DNA of 40,237 nt from Bacillota bacterium (GTDB lineage: Bacteria; Bacillota; Clostridia; Lachnospirales; Lachnospiraceae): the NCBI GenBank assembly GCA_023436765.1, contig JAEZHX010000103.1:1-40237 (forward strand), written 5' to 3'. The notes under the pieces are model-generated. The model worked only from the letters and a program-made list of their open reading frames with translations. It had not been told where the DNA came from and did not search any database. This document shows positions 18,866 to 28,350 of this stretch, one piece after another (position 1 is the stretch's first letter; the number at the start of each line of letters is the position of its first letter). Made by a program: the position numbers and the translations under genes.

Positions 18866-19747
18866 TTAGCTTAAGGTCTCAAACAATTCAATGATCCGTT
18901 CCAGCTCTTCATTGGAATAGTATTCAATTTCGATCTTGCCCTTATCCTTTTGTTTTCTATGTATGGATACCTTTGTTCCTATAATATTACGAATTTTCTC
19001 TTCCAGTTCACGGTATATAAATTCCTTCTCATCAGTTACTGCATATTGTTTTTGCGGTTTATTACTGAGAATCTGCTTTACTAGTTTTTCTGTTTCACGG
19101 ACACTCATCTTTTCGTCAAAAATTTTGCAGGCTGTATGATACTGCATCTCCAAGTCCTCAATCGGGAGAAGTGCTCTGGCATGTCCACTGGATAGAATAT
19201 CATCCATTAGCATTTGCTGAATTCTTTCATCCAATTTGAGCAGCCTGATCGAGTTTGTAACTGCAGCTCGGCTTTTCGATACTCGATCAGCTAATTCATC
19301 CTGTTTCAAATGAAACTCCTGAATAAGTCTTTGATAGGCTAAAGCTTCTTCAATCGGATTTAAGTCTTCTCTCTGAATATTCTCTATCAGAGCTATTTCC
19401 ACGATTTCCTGTGGGGTGTAATCTTTAATAATGACCGGTACTTCCTTTAGTCCAGCAATTCTGGCAGCGCGCCATCTTCTCTCTCCAGCTATTATTTCGT
19501 AGTATTTTTCTCTCCTCTGAACAATTAGAGGTTCTATTATGCCATATTGCTTGATGGAATCCGCAAGCTCTTGCAGAGAGTCCTCGTCAAACCTCTTTCT
19601 GGGCTGTAATTTATTCGGCTCTATCTGCCTGATTGGTATTAATGTTTCACGTGAAACATCACCCGACTTAGGAGTCTCTGTTTCCATGATCCGCTCCGGT
19701 ATCATTATATCCAGTCCCTTGCCTAGCCCCTTCTTTACTGCGGACAT
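18866..19747 (-). CDS. parB: Chromosome partitioning protein ParB/Spo0J
   Basis: KKGLGKGL, PNKLQPRK.F, IIAGERRWRA, ENIQREDLN and HTH KSRAAVTNSIRLL; RBS GGAGG before ATG 19747. Confidence 0.97.
   Translation of the reverse strand: MSAVKKGLGKGLDIMIPERIMETETPKSGDVSRETLIPIRQIEPNKLQPRKRFDEDSLQELADSIKQYGIIEPLIVQRREKYYEIIAGERRWRAARIAGLKEVPVIIKDYTPQEIVEIALIENIQREDLNPIEEALAYQRLIQEFHLKQDELADRVSKSRAAVTNSIRLLKLDERIQQMLMDDILSSGHARALLPIEDLEMQYHTACKIFDEKMSVRETEKLVKQILSNKPQKQYAVTDEKEFIYRELEEKIRNIIGTKVSIHRKQKDKGKIEIEYYSNEELERIIELFETLS
19643..19658. other. parS centromere site inside the parB coding sequence
   Basis: Perfect palindrome TGTTTCACGTGAAACA. Confidence 0.92.
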
Positions 19748-19767
19748 ATTACTTCCTCCTTTAAACA

Positions 19768-20589
19768 CTATTTTTGTCTGCGGTATTTCAGTTCACCAAT
19801 TTCATTCTTAGCATACATCTCGGCTTCATCTTTCTCTATTACTTCCATTGCAAGCTGCCGATATCCGTCTGCCCCGGCAGACTTCGGATCGTAGAGGTTA
19901 ATTGGCAACCCATGGCTTGGTGCTTCCGCCAATCTAACGTTTCTGGGAATGATGGTTTTATAAATGTTTTGCTTTAAATTTGTCTTCACATTCTCTACAA
20001 CCTGAAGTGATAGATTGGTACGGGCATCAAACATCGTAAAGACGACACCTTCCATCTCCAATTCAGGATTAAGTCTTTGCTTTACAAGATTAATTGTATG
20101 AATCAGTTGTGTTAGTCCCTCCAGCGCATAGAACTCACACTGTATAGGGACCAAGACAGTATCTGCTGTTGTCATTGCATTAACCGTAAGTGTATTTAGA
20201 GATGGGGGACAGTCAATAATAATGAAATCGTACTCATCACGAATTTTATCAATATGCTTTTTTAGTATGTACTCCCTGCCTTCAATGCCAATTAACTCAA
20301 TCTCAGCACCTGCTAGATTTACGTTAGACGGCAGAATATCTAAATTCTTGATAATTTCACTTGTAATCCGGCATTCCTCCAGAGTACAATCTCCAATCAT
20401 CATTTGATAGATCGTATTCTTTAATTTATTCTTATCAATCCCTAATCCACTAGAGGTATTTCCCTGCGGATCGATGTCAATTGTGAGTACCTTCCTATTC
20501 TTTTCTGCTAAGCAGGCAGATAAATTAATTGCTGTCGTAGTCTTTCCGACTCCGCCTTTCTGGTTTGCAATTGCTATTACTCTTGCCAT
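19768..20589 (-). CDS. parA: Chromosome partitioning ATPase ParA/Soj
   Basis: NQKGGVGKTTT, DIDPQGN, IDCPPSL, QCEFYALEG and IPRNVRLAEAPSHG. Confidence 0.97.
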   Translation of the reverse strand: MARVIAIANQKGGVGKTTTAINLSACLAEKNRKVLTIDIDPQGNTSSGLGIDKNKLKNTIYQMMIGDCTLEECRITSEIIKNLDILPSNVNLAGAEIELIGIEGREYILKKHIDKIRDEYDFIIIDCPPSLNTLTVNAMTTADTVLVPIQCEFYALEGLTQLIHTINLVKQRLNPELEMEGVVFTMFDARTNLSLQVVENVKTNLKQNIYKTIIPRNVRLAEAPSHGLPINLYDPKSAGADGYRQLAMEVIEKDEAEMYAKNEIGELKYRRQK

Positions 20590-20650
20590 TTTACTGCCCT
20601 CCCCAATTTCTTACCCTGTGTTATTTTACAAACCATCTTTCACAAATCAC

Positions 20651-20685
20651 ATTATAACATTAATTATTATAGATAGCTATAATAA
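20651..20685 (-). promoter_or_regulatory. Candidate parA promoter (extended -10) with overlapping palindrome
   Basis: Minus strand TGtTATAAT at 20651-20659; TTATTATAG-atag-CTATAATAA palindrome at 20664-20685. Confidence 0.45.
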
Positions 20686-20719
20686 ATAAAGGAAAAATCA
20701 TTTTTATAACATTGTTTCA

Positions 20720-20735
20720 TGTTTCACGTGAAACA
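20720..20735. other. parS site
   Basis: Perfect TGTTTCACGTGAAACA upstream of parA. Confidence 0.95.
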
Positions 20736-20750
20736 TCCATGGGCTAACAA

Positions 20751-20782
20751 AAAAGGAATGTTTCACGTGAAACATTCCTTTT
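20751..20782. other. parS site (20759-20774) embedded in a 32-bp perfect palindrome, probably also a terminator
   Basis: AAAAGGAATGTTTCACGTGAAACATTCCTTTT, 11 bp after the response-regulator stop codon. Confidence 0.93.
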
Positions 20783-20793
20783 AGATATTTACA

Positions 20794-21450
20794 TTAGAAA
20801 ATATCAACGAAATTATTCTTTATTGCATAGACAGCTGCTTGCGTTCTGTCTGATACATTAATCTTTTTAAAAATATTTGATACATGATTCTTTACGGTCT
20901 TCTCACTGATATCCAGAGTGTATGCAATTTCCTTATTAAACAGGCCTTCTGCCAGAAGCTTTAATACCTCAATTTCTCTTCTGGTAAGATCATCATCGAA
21001 GTTACTTGAGAATGCATTCTTCTCTTCCATTCTTTCCTTGAGCATAGGAGTGAGTTCAGGTTGTATAAAGGTTTCTCCTCGATAGAGGCAAAAAATAGCT
21101 TTCTTTAGTACGGAGGAATCTGAATCCTTTAAGACATAACCGTCTACTCCTATTTCAACTGCTCGGACTAAATACTCCACTTCATTATGAATTGTTAGAA
21201 TTAATACTCTAATGTTCTTCTTTTTTTCCCTAAGATGCTGAAGAACCTTTAACCCATTCATATTTGGCATATTTATGTCCAATAGTAATACATCTGTTGA
21301 TACCTTATCGAGTAATTCTATGCATTGCTTACCATCACTGGCTTCCCCATTTACTACAATATCTCCGTCCAACTCTAGAATTTGCTTTATTCCTTCTCTG
21401 ACCATAGAATGATCATCCGCTATGATGATATTAATCGGTTTGCTCATCAT
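20794..21450 (-). CDS. NarL/LuxR-family response regulator (DegU-like)
   Basis: ADDH, LLDINMP and GYVLKD receiver motifs; LuxR HTH LTRREIEVL..NKEIA..ISEKTVKNHVSNIFKK. Confidence 0.92.
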   Translation of the reverse strand: MMSKPINIIIADDHSMVREGIKQILELDGDIVVNGEASDGKQCIELLDKVSTDVLLLDINMPNMNGLKVLQHLREKKKNIRVLILTIHNEVEYLVRAVEIGVDGYVLKDSDSSVLKKAIFCLYRGETFIQPELTPMLKERMEEKNAFSSNFDDDLTRREIEVLKLLAEGLFNKEIAYTLDISEKTVKNHVSNIFKKINVSDRTQAAVYAIKNNFVDIF

Positions 21451-22468
21451 TATCCCCCTTGCACTTTGTTAAAGGTACATTAATCGTAATATCGGTACCC
21501 TTATTAGTCTCTGAATGTATCTTCAAAGTCCCTGATAATAAGTATACTCTTTCTTTCATGATGGATAAGCCGTATCCCGAATTGTGTTCAGGAATTATTT
21601 CCATCTGTTTTTCTGAGTTGAATCCAATACCGTCATCCTTAATAGATACCATGATGTTATTTATATCATAAATAATATTGATATCAATTCTGCTTGCCTT
21701 CGCATGTTTTATTACATTGTGGCAGGCTTCCTGTACTACCCGGAATAAAGATAACTTCACTACTGGCAGAATATTTTCATTCTCTTGATTATATTTCACA
21801 TATACTTTAATATCATGGCTAGTCATCAGCTGTTTAGCATATCTCTCTATGGTAACCGCCAGACCAAGATCATCCAAAGACATTGGCTTAAGGTTATAGA
21901 TGATTTCTCTCATTTCATTAATGACCATTTTTACATTATTTGCCATAACGGTTAGCTCAAGCTTTGCTCTTGGGGGGTCCATTTCGACAAGTCTTGAACA
22001 TAAATCGATTTTATGAACCAGACCGGTCAGATTCTGTACCGTGGAATCATGAAGATCCCTGGCAATTCTCTGTCTATCCTTTTCCTGACTTTCCAGTATA
22101 CTTAGTCCCAAATCGTTCTGATACTTAATATTTTTGTCTATCATTGTACCAGCAGCATTTAAATGGCAGATATTATTCTGAAGCTTTGTCTCCTCCGTCA
22201 ATAACTTCTCCAGTTTACACCGCTCCTGTTGAATGCATGCAGTTATCTCATCCACATCAAAGGATTTATTGTTTGGTGTAAAAATATTTGATTTATCAGC
22301 GTAGTACTGATTTGCTAAGGATAGTTTATCTTCCCAATCAGATAATTGATCCATAATGATCTTTTTCTTATTGAGAAGTTCTTCTTCCCAACTCTTATAC
22401 TCAATGGCGAGTTCCTTTAGGAAATTGGCCATCTCCTCCGCTTTGAATAAATCTACATCCTTAACCAA
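21431..22468 (-). CDS. Cytoplasmic HisKA_3 sensor histidine kinase (DegS-like)
   Basis: QEKDRQRIARDLHD, PMSLDDLGL, QEACHNVIKHA, DDGIGF and GYGLSIMKER; coiled-coil N-terminus, no TM helix; start codon uncertain. Confidence 0.88.
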   Translation of the reverse strand: MVKDVDLFKAEEMANFLKELAIEYKSWEEELLNKKKIIMDQLSDWEDKLSLANQYYADKSNIFTPNNKSFDVDEITACIQQERCKLEKLLTEETKLQNNICHLNAAGTMIDKNIKYQNDLGLSILESQEKDRQRIARDLHDSTVQNLTGLVHKIDLCSRLVEMDPPRAKLELTVMANNVKMVINEMREIIYNLKPMSLDDLGLAVTIERYAKQLMTSHDIKVYVKYNQENENILPVVKLSLFRVVQEACHNVIKHAKASRIDINIIYDINNIMVSIKDDGIGFNSEKQMEIIPEHNSGYGLSIMKERVYLLSGTLKIHSETNKGTDITINVPLTKCKGDNDEQTD

Positions 22469-22624
22469 GCTGAATCCGTCCTTGCTCTGTATATTTGTAC
22501 AATCACTTTCAGCGACTACTTAATAAAGTTTATCATTTCCAAAAAAGCGCTTCCTGTTTATATCATATAACAGTTCTAATCATTTTTAAAGTATTTTTTA
22601 CATTATATTGTAATTTCTTATACA

Positions 22625-23080
22625 TTATATAGATTTACCGCAACATTTTCCATCAGTTACTTCGTATGACATATTTATTCTTACTATTTGGTTACTATTT
22701 ATACTTTTTTCATCCTTAAAAAAGCCAAGCTTCATAAAATACTCGGTCATTTCATTTTTACAACTTAATGTTACTTTCTTTATCCCATTGGTTTTCGCCT
22801 TATCAATCAACATTCGAGTAACAAACTCACCATAGGCTCTCCCGCGATATTCGGGTAATACAGCTACACTTACGATCCTGGCCTCCTTTTGGTTCAGCAT
22901 CATACAGCCGGCTGCTGCAGGGTAATTCTCCTCTGCACCTTCGTATACAAGTACCTGAATCATGGTATCCCTTTCCTCTATTTTAGATTCCAGTATATAC
23001 GGATTTAAGGATACCTTGCGAAAGATATCCTCAACTATTTTCCGCTCCCCGTCCTCTGTTACGAACCTTCCTTGAATCAT
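22625..23080 (-). CDS. GNAT-family N-acetyltransferase
   Basis: VAVLPEYRGRAYG acetyl-CoA motif A and YFMKLGF motif B; RBS GAGGAG before ATG 23080. Confidence 0.85.
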   Translation of the reverse strand: MIQGRFVTEDGERKIVEDIFRKVSLNPYILESKIEERDTMIQVLVYEGAEENYPAAAGCMMLNQKEARIVSVAVLPEYRGRAYGEFVTRMLIDKAKTNGIKKVTLSCKNEMTEYFMKLGFFKDEKSINSNQIVRINMSYEVTDGKCCGKSI

Positions 23081-23115
23081 GCTTCTCTCCTCGACCAAAT
23101 TTCAATCTTCTTATC

Positions 23116-23847
23116 CTAATGTAATGGCTCTTTTATAGGTTTTCCGGCACTTCTTGGATACTTTAAGGGTGTTGCTTTCGTTTTATGAATTAAGATAAGG
23201 GTTCGATCCATGTCAGTCCCAGGTAATCGGAATTTTTCGGTCCTCTCTATCTCGGCACCCAGGATACGGATTGCCCCTACCGCTTCCTCTTTTTCCTCCT
23301 GAATCATTCCGGATTTATAAGGGATGAAATATCCTCCCTGTTTTACATACGGTAAACAGTATTCCGAGAGTACTGGCAGCTTTGCCACCGCCCTGGAAAC
23401 ACAGAAATCAAAGCTTTCTCTATAACCTATCTCTCTGCCGTAGTCCTCGGCTCTTCCATGTACTGCTATGATATCTGATAAGCCCAATGACTTTATTGTT
23501 TCGTCCAAAAAAAGAATTCGTTTCTTCAGAGAATCAATGAGTACTACCTTTAGTCCGGGAAAGGCTATTTTTAAAGGGAGTCCCGGAAATCCTGCGCCGG
23601 TTCCCATATCAAGAAGTCTCTCTGAATTTAGGGTAGTAACCTTTATCAGGGATAGGCTATCAAGAAAATGCTTTATTACTACATCCTCGAATTCCGTTAT
23701 CGCCGTAAGATTCATTACTTTATTCCATTCCACCAGTAGCTCATAATAACGAAGAAACTGTTGCAGCTGTTCTTCCTCCAGATGAATGTGAAGATCCTCT
23801 AGGCCACTGATGAAGCGATTCATTCCCTGATTGCTTACATTCTCCAT
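23116..23847 (-). CDS. rsmG: 16S rRNA m7G527 methyltransferase
   Basis: WNKVMNLTAI, KHFLDS, DMGTGAGFPG, GRAED and SRAVA. Confidence 0.97.
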   Translation of the reverse strand: MENVSNQGMNRFISGLEDLHIHLEEEQLQQFLRYYELLVEWNKVMNLTAITEFEDVVIKHFLDSLSLIKVTTLNSERLLDMGTGAGFPGLPLKIAFPGLKVVLIDSLKKRILFLDETIKSLGLSDIIAVHGRAEDYGREIGYRESFDFCVSRAVAKLPVLSEYCLPYVKQGGYFIPYKSGMIQEEKEEAVGAIRILGAEIERTEKFRLPGTDMDRTLILIHKTKATPLKYPRSAGKPIKEPLH

Positions 23848-23936
23848 AATTTCGTTTCCTTTCTCTGGGAGATATCCAGTTTAATATGATTTACCATGCT
23901 TAGCTCCGAAGTTATCTTAACTAGTCTAAATATTTA

Positions 23937-25841
23937 TCATTCTTCCTTCCCCTTTTGCCCGGCCTTCTGGTTATACTGCATCAGGTATACCATCAGCACT
24001 GAGATATCTGCAGGTGATACTCCGGATATTCTGGAAGCTTGACCGATGGAAGCGGGACGGAACTTGGACAGCTTTTGCTTCGCTTCTATACGAAGACTGT
24101 GGATCTCATTGTAATCGAGCTCCTCCGGTATTCTTTTGTTCTCCAGTTTTTTGAACTGCTCCACCTGCTTCATCTGTCTGCTGATATATCCGTCATACTT
24201 AATATTTATTTCAATCTGTTCAATTACATCCTGAGGGAGCTCAATACGATCTTGATCCAGCGGTGCCAACAGCTCGTAGGTAAGCTCCGGTCTTCGGAGT
24301 AGCTCTGCCAGTGTCGTTGCAGTGACCAGTATAGCACTGTTGTTTTTCTCCAGGAATTCCTGAACATCCTTTCTGGCTCCGATAGCAACAGACTCCAGCC
24401 GTTTCATTTCTGCGGCAATCAGTTTCTCCTTTTGAAGTAATTTCAGATAACGGTCCTCCTCAACTAATCCAATCTCATAACCCTTTCTAGTTAATCTAAG
24501 ATCAGCATTGTCCTGTCGCAGAAGTAAACGGTACTCCGCTCTGGAAGTCATCATCCGGTATGGCTCATGGGTTTCTTTTGAAACCAGATCATCGATCAAT
24601 ACACCGATATATGCTTCAGAACGATCGAGAATCAGAGGGTTCAGTCCCTTTATCTTTCTCGCTGCATTAATTCCGGCGATCAGTCCCTGTGCAGCTGCTT
24701 CCTCATACCCGGAGCTTCCATTAAACTGGCCACCGCTAAACAACCCTTCCATATTTTTAAATTCCAACGAGGCTTTCAGTTGCATGGGGTTAATACAATC
24801 ATATTCTATTGCATAGGCATTCCTGACTATCTTTGCTTTCTCAAGTCCTGGTACAGAACGGTACATCCGTAGCTGAACATCTTCCGGTAGTGAGCTGGAC
24901 ATTCCTGCAATATACATCTCATTCGTATAATTCCCCTCCGGCTCAATGAATACCTGATGCCTATCCTTATCTGCAAACTTCATCACTTTGTCTTCTATGG
25001 AAGGGCAGTATCTGGGTCCAGTCCCCTTGATATCGCCACAATATAAGGGAGAACGGTCAATGTTTTCTCTTATGATTTTATGAGTACTCTCTGTGGTATA
25101 CGTAAGCCAGCACGATACCTGTTCTCTCCGGATATCTTCCGGTTGATTCGTAAAGGAGAAGGGAACAAGCTTCTCATCACCCTTTTGTTCTTCCATTTTG
25201 GAAAAATCAATGGACCGCTTATCTATTCTGGCCGGCGTTCCAGTCTTAAATCGATACATCTCAATGCCCATGGCTCTTAACGAATCAGTTAGATGGATGG
25301 CAGCCATTAGCCCGTTCGGTCCTGTATGATTAACCACATCTCCGTAGATGCATCTGGCATTCAGATAGGTTCCTGTACAAAGCACAACCGCCTTACAGGG
25401 ATAGATTGCACCGGAATAGGTCTTAACACCGGTCACTTTACCATCCTCGGCAAGAATTTCTGTTACCTCAGCCTGTTTGATCGTCAGGTTCTCTGTATTC
25501 TCTAGTACCTGTCGCATTGTTCTTGAGTAGTCCTGCTTGTCCGCTTGTGCGCGGAGAGAATGTACCGCCGGTCCCTTAGATAGGTTTAGCATCTTGGACT
25601 GGATATAAGTCTTGTCGATATTCTTTCCCATTTCACCGCCTAAGGCATCAATTTCCCTTACCAGATGTCCCTTGGACGTTCCTCCTATGTTAGGGTTACA
25701 GGGCATCAGTGCGATACTGTCCACACTTACAGTAAACATGATTGTACTAAGTGATAATCTTGCACAAGCCAGTGCTGCTTCACAACCTGCATGTCCTGCT
25801 CCGACCACAACAACATCATAGCTCTCATATATTAAAGACAT
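23937..25841 (-). CDS. mnmG: tRNA uridine 5-carboxymethylaminomethyl modification enzyme
   Basis: [51 protein letters not shown] and [14 protein letters not shown]. Confidence 0.98.
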   Translation of the reverse strand: MSLIYESYDVVVVGAGHAGCEAALACARLSLSTIMFTVSVDSIALMPCNPNIGGTSKGHLVREIDALGGEMGKNIDKTYIQSKMLNLSKGPAVHSLRAQADKQDYSRTMRQVLENTENLTIKQAEVTEILAEDGKVTGVKTYSGAIYPCKAVVLCTGTYLNARCIYGDVVNHTGPNGLMAAIHLTDSLRAMGIEMYRFKTGTPARIDKRSIDFSKMEEQKGDEKLVPFSFTNQPEDIRREQVSCWLTYTTESTHKIIRENIDRSPLYCGDIKGTGPRYCPSIEDKVMKFADKDRHQVFIEPEGNYTNEMYIAGMSSSLPEDVQLRMYRSVPGLEKAKIVRNAYAIEYDCINPMQLKASLEFKNMEGLFSGGQFNGSSGYEEAAAQGLIAGINAARKIKGLNPLILDRSEAYIGVLIDDLVSKETHEPYRMMTSRAEYRLLLRQDNADLRLTRKGYEIGLVEEDRYLKLLQKEKLIAAEMKRLESVAIGARKDVQEFLEKNNSAILVTATTLAELLRRPELTYELLAPLDQDRIELPQDVIEQIEINIKYDGYISRQMKQVEQFKKLENKRIPEELDYNEIHSLRIEAKQKLSKFRPASIGQASRISGVSPADISVLMVYLMQYNQKAGQKGKEE

Positions 25842-25946
25842 TTCTTTCCCCTTCTAAGCTGTTAACCTAAGAATGGCTACCATTCCGGTTTCAGCAAAAC
25901 AAAAACTGATTAGACCTTCGGGTATTTACCCTCCTGCACTTTCCTA

Positions 25947-27323
25947 TTACTTACCCATGCAGAATTCCTTAAATATCATATTTACCAGATCCTCTTCTAC
26001 ATTCTCCCCTATAATTTTTCCCAGTGTCTCATAGGCATTCATAAGATCAATGGAGAAGAAATCCTCTGCCATTCCTGCCTCTATGCTTGAGATTACCAGC
26101 TTTAGGCTTTCCAATGCACTTTTGAAGGCTTCCCTGTGTCTGTCATTTGTGATATAGATTTCATCGTGGAGATTTAACTCGCCCTGAAAGAACATTTCTT
26201 TCAGTTTTTCTTCAAGCTCCTCTACTCCCCTGCTCTCCTTTAGAGACATACTGATGATTGGCTGTTCTGTTTGATGCTTCAGCTCAGCCACTGTCACTTT
26301 TGGTGCCAAATCTGATTTATTTAAAAGAAGGATGGCTTTTTTCCCTTTGATCATCTTCATGATGGACTCATCGTTTTCATCCAAGGGAGTGGAGGAGTCA
26401 AGTACATAGATAATCAGGTCCGCATCACTTGCTGTTCTGACGGCCTTTTCCACTCCGATTTTTTCTACGATATCCGTGGTCCTACGGATTCCCGCTGTAT
26501 CAATGACGTTCAAAGTTATTCCGTTAAGTTCTATTGTCTCCTCCAGTGTATCCCTTGTTGTTCCTGCAATATCTGTTACAATGGCTCTATCTTCTCCGGT
26601 TAAGAAGTTCATAAGGCTGGATTTACCGGCATTCGGCTTACCGACTATTACGGTCTTAATGCCCTCCTTCAATAGCTTTCCATTCTTAGATTCCTTCAGA
26701 AGCTTCTCAATTTGTTTCATTTCCTTTTCCAGATGCTCCATCAGTTCCTCACCATAACCCTCCAAACTGATATGCTCCGGGTCATCCAAAGCCGCTTCTA
26801 TATAAGCAATATCCCTAAGAATATTCTCCCTTAGTTCACGAATCAGATCATATTCTCTACCCTTTAGTTGGTTAATCGAATTCCTAAGCGCCAGCTCATT
26901 CTTAGAATTGATGATATCACAGACAGCCTCTGCTCTGGAGAGATCAATTCTTCCATTTAGAAATGCACGCTTCGTAAACTCCCCCGGTTCAGCAATCCTT
27001 GCCCCATACTTCACTACTGTTTCAAGGATCTTTCTCGTAACAACGATACCTCCATGGCAATCAATCTCAACCACATCTTCCCTGGTATAGGTGGCAGGAG
27101 CTCGCATAATTGCGATCATAACTTCATCGATGGTCTGATCCTCATCTACAATGTAACCATAATGGAGGGTATGACTTTTTTCCTGGGATAGCTTCTTGGT
27201 CCCATTCTTGGACCGATAGATTCGGTCAATAATTGTTAAAGCATCCTCCCCGCTGATCCTGATGATACTGATCCCGGCGTTACTCATGCCGGTAGCAATT
27301 GCAGCAATCGTATCTGTGTTCAT
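25947..27323 (-). CDS. mnmE: tRNA modification GTPase
   Basis: DTIAAIAT, GEFTKRAFLNGR, GKPNAGKSS, GTTRD, DTAG, NKSD and C-terminal FCMGK; RBS GGAGG before ATG 27323. Confidence 0.98.
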   Translation of the reverse strand: MNTDTIAAIATGMSNAGISIIRISGEDALTIIDRIYRSKNGTKKLSQEKSHTLHYGYIVDEDQTIDEVMIAIMRAPATYTREDVVEIDCHGGIVVTRKILETVVKYGARIAEPGEFTKRAFLNGRIDLSRAEAVCDIINSKNELALRNSINQLKGREYDLIRELRENILRDIAYIEAALDDPEHISLEGYGEELMEHLEKEMKQIEKLLKESKNGKLLKEGIKTVIVGKPNAGKSSLMNFLTGEDRAIVTDIAGTTRDTLEETIELNGITLNVIDTAGIRRTTDIVEKIGVEKAVRTASDADLIIYVLDSSTPLDENDESIMKMIKGKKAILLLNKSDLAPKVTVAELKHQTEQPIISMSLKESRGVEELEEKLKEMFFQGELNLHDEIYITNDRHREAFKSALESLKLVISSIEAGMAEDFFSIDLMNAYETLGKIIGENVEEDLVNMIFKEFCMGK

Positions 27324-27418
27324 TATAACCTCCATACTGCCGAAGGCAGCCCATTAACCAAAAGCACGCCAAGTGCCTTATGCCTGCCGAAAAATTTCAG
27401 CATTATCTCCATGTCTCT

Positions 27419-27462
27419 TAAAAAAAAGGTGTCTTAAAGTATAAGCTCTACCTTAAGACACC
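27419..27462 (-). terminator. Intrinsic terminator downstream of jag
   Basis: GGTGTCTTAA(27428-27437) pairs with TTAAGACACC(27453-27462); poly-U on the minus strand. Confidence 0.72.
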
Positions 27463-27529
27463 CCTCATCTCATACTAACTTGAATTACCTCTCCCTTTGA
27501 ATTCCACTATATCCTGACCGTGGGAAACT

Positions 27530-28348
27530 TTATTCTGCGTTCTCAGCCGGGACTTTCTTTTCTTTACTTTCTTTGTATTCCTTATAGTCCTTCATATAGT
27601 CCTTGCTGTAATTTTTACTGTATTCCTTACCCTTACCAAGATCCTTGTGAAAGCTCTTATTATTAAAGTCCTTCTTATGATCCTTGCCATACCTGTTTGT
27701 ATTATTTGGTCTGGTATCCTTATAGGACTTCTTAATATTGATTACAACCTTACGGTAAGGCTCCTCTCCCTCAGAATAAGTTTCAACAACCTTGTCATTT
27801 TGCAGGGCGGAATGGATGATCCTTCTCTCATATGGATTCATAGGCTCTAAGGAAACCGGTTTTCTGGTCCTCTTTACCTTGAAAGCGATATTCTTAGCGA
27901 GATTCTCCAGTGTTTCTTTTCTTCTTGCACGATAGTTTTCCGTATCCAGCTTTACTTTAATGTAGTTTTCACTGTTCTTATTTACCACCAGACTTACAAG
28001 ATACTGCAAGGAATCTAATGTTTGTCCCCTTTTTCCGATCAGAACACCCATATCATCACCTTCAACATTGATCTCAATATTGGCATTCTCCTGATCATAA
28101 ATCACATTGGTCTCTGCGTCGATTCCCATAGCAGCAAATACCTTATCAAGAAATTCCTTTGCAGATCCTTCTGTACTCTGCTTCATTCTAGCCTTAATTT
28201 TAGCAGGTTTACCAAAGATTCCTAAAAAACCGGAGGTTTCTTTCTCTAGTACTTCATACTCTAGTTTTTCAATTGTAGTACCTAGCTCGAGCATGGCATT
28301 TGTTATCGCCTCGTCCACGGTTTTGGCTGAGAATTCTCTCCATTCCAT
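27530..28348 (-). CDS. jag: RNA-binding protein Jag/EloR/KhpB (Jag_N, KH, R3H)
   Basis: SAKTVDEAI, GFLGIF, LIGKRGQTLDSLQ, ERRIIHSAL and SEGEEPYR. Confidence 0.95.
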   Translation of the reverse strand: MEWREFSAKTVDEAITNAMLELGTTIEKLEYEVLEKETSGFLGIFGKPAKIKARMKQSTEGSAKEFLDKVFAAMGIDAETNVIYDQENANIEINVEGDDMGVLIGKRGQTLDSLQYLVSLVVNKNSENYIKVKLDTENYRARRKETLENLAKNIAFKVKRTRKPVSLEPMNPYERRIIHSALQNDKVVETYSEGEEPYRKVVINIKKSYKDTRPNNTNRYGKDHKKDFNNKSFHKDLGKGKEYSKNYSKDYMKDYKEYKESKEKKVPAENAE

Positions 28349-28350
28349 TA

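Noticed and set aside
19091..19106. parS-like half site TGTTTCACGGACACTC in parB
   Set aside because: Right half is not palindromic; explained by the conserved SVRETE peptide
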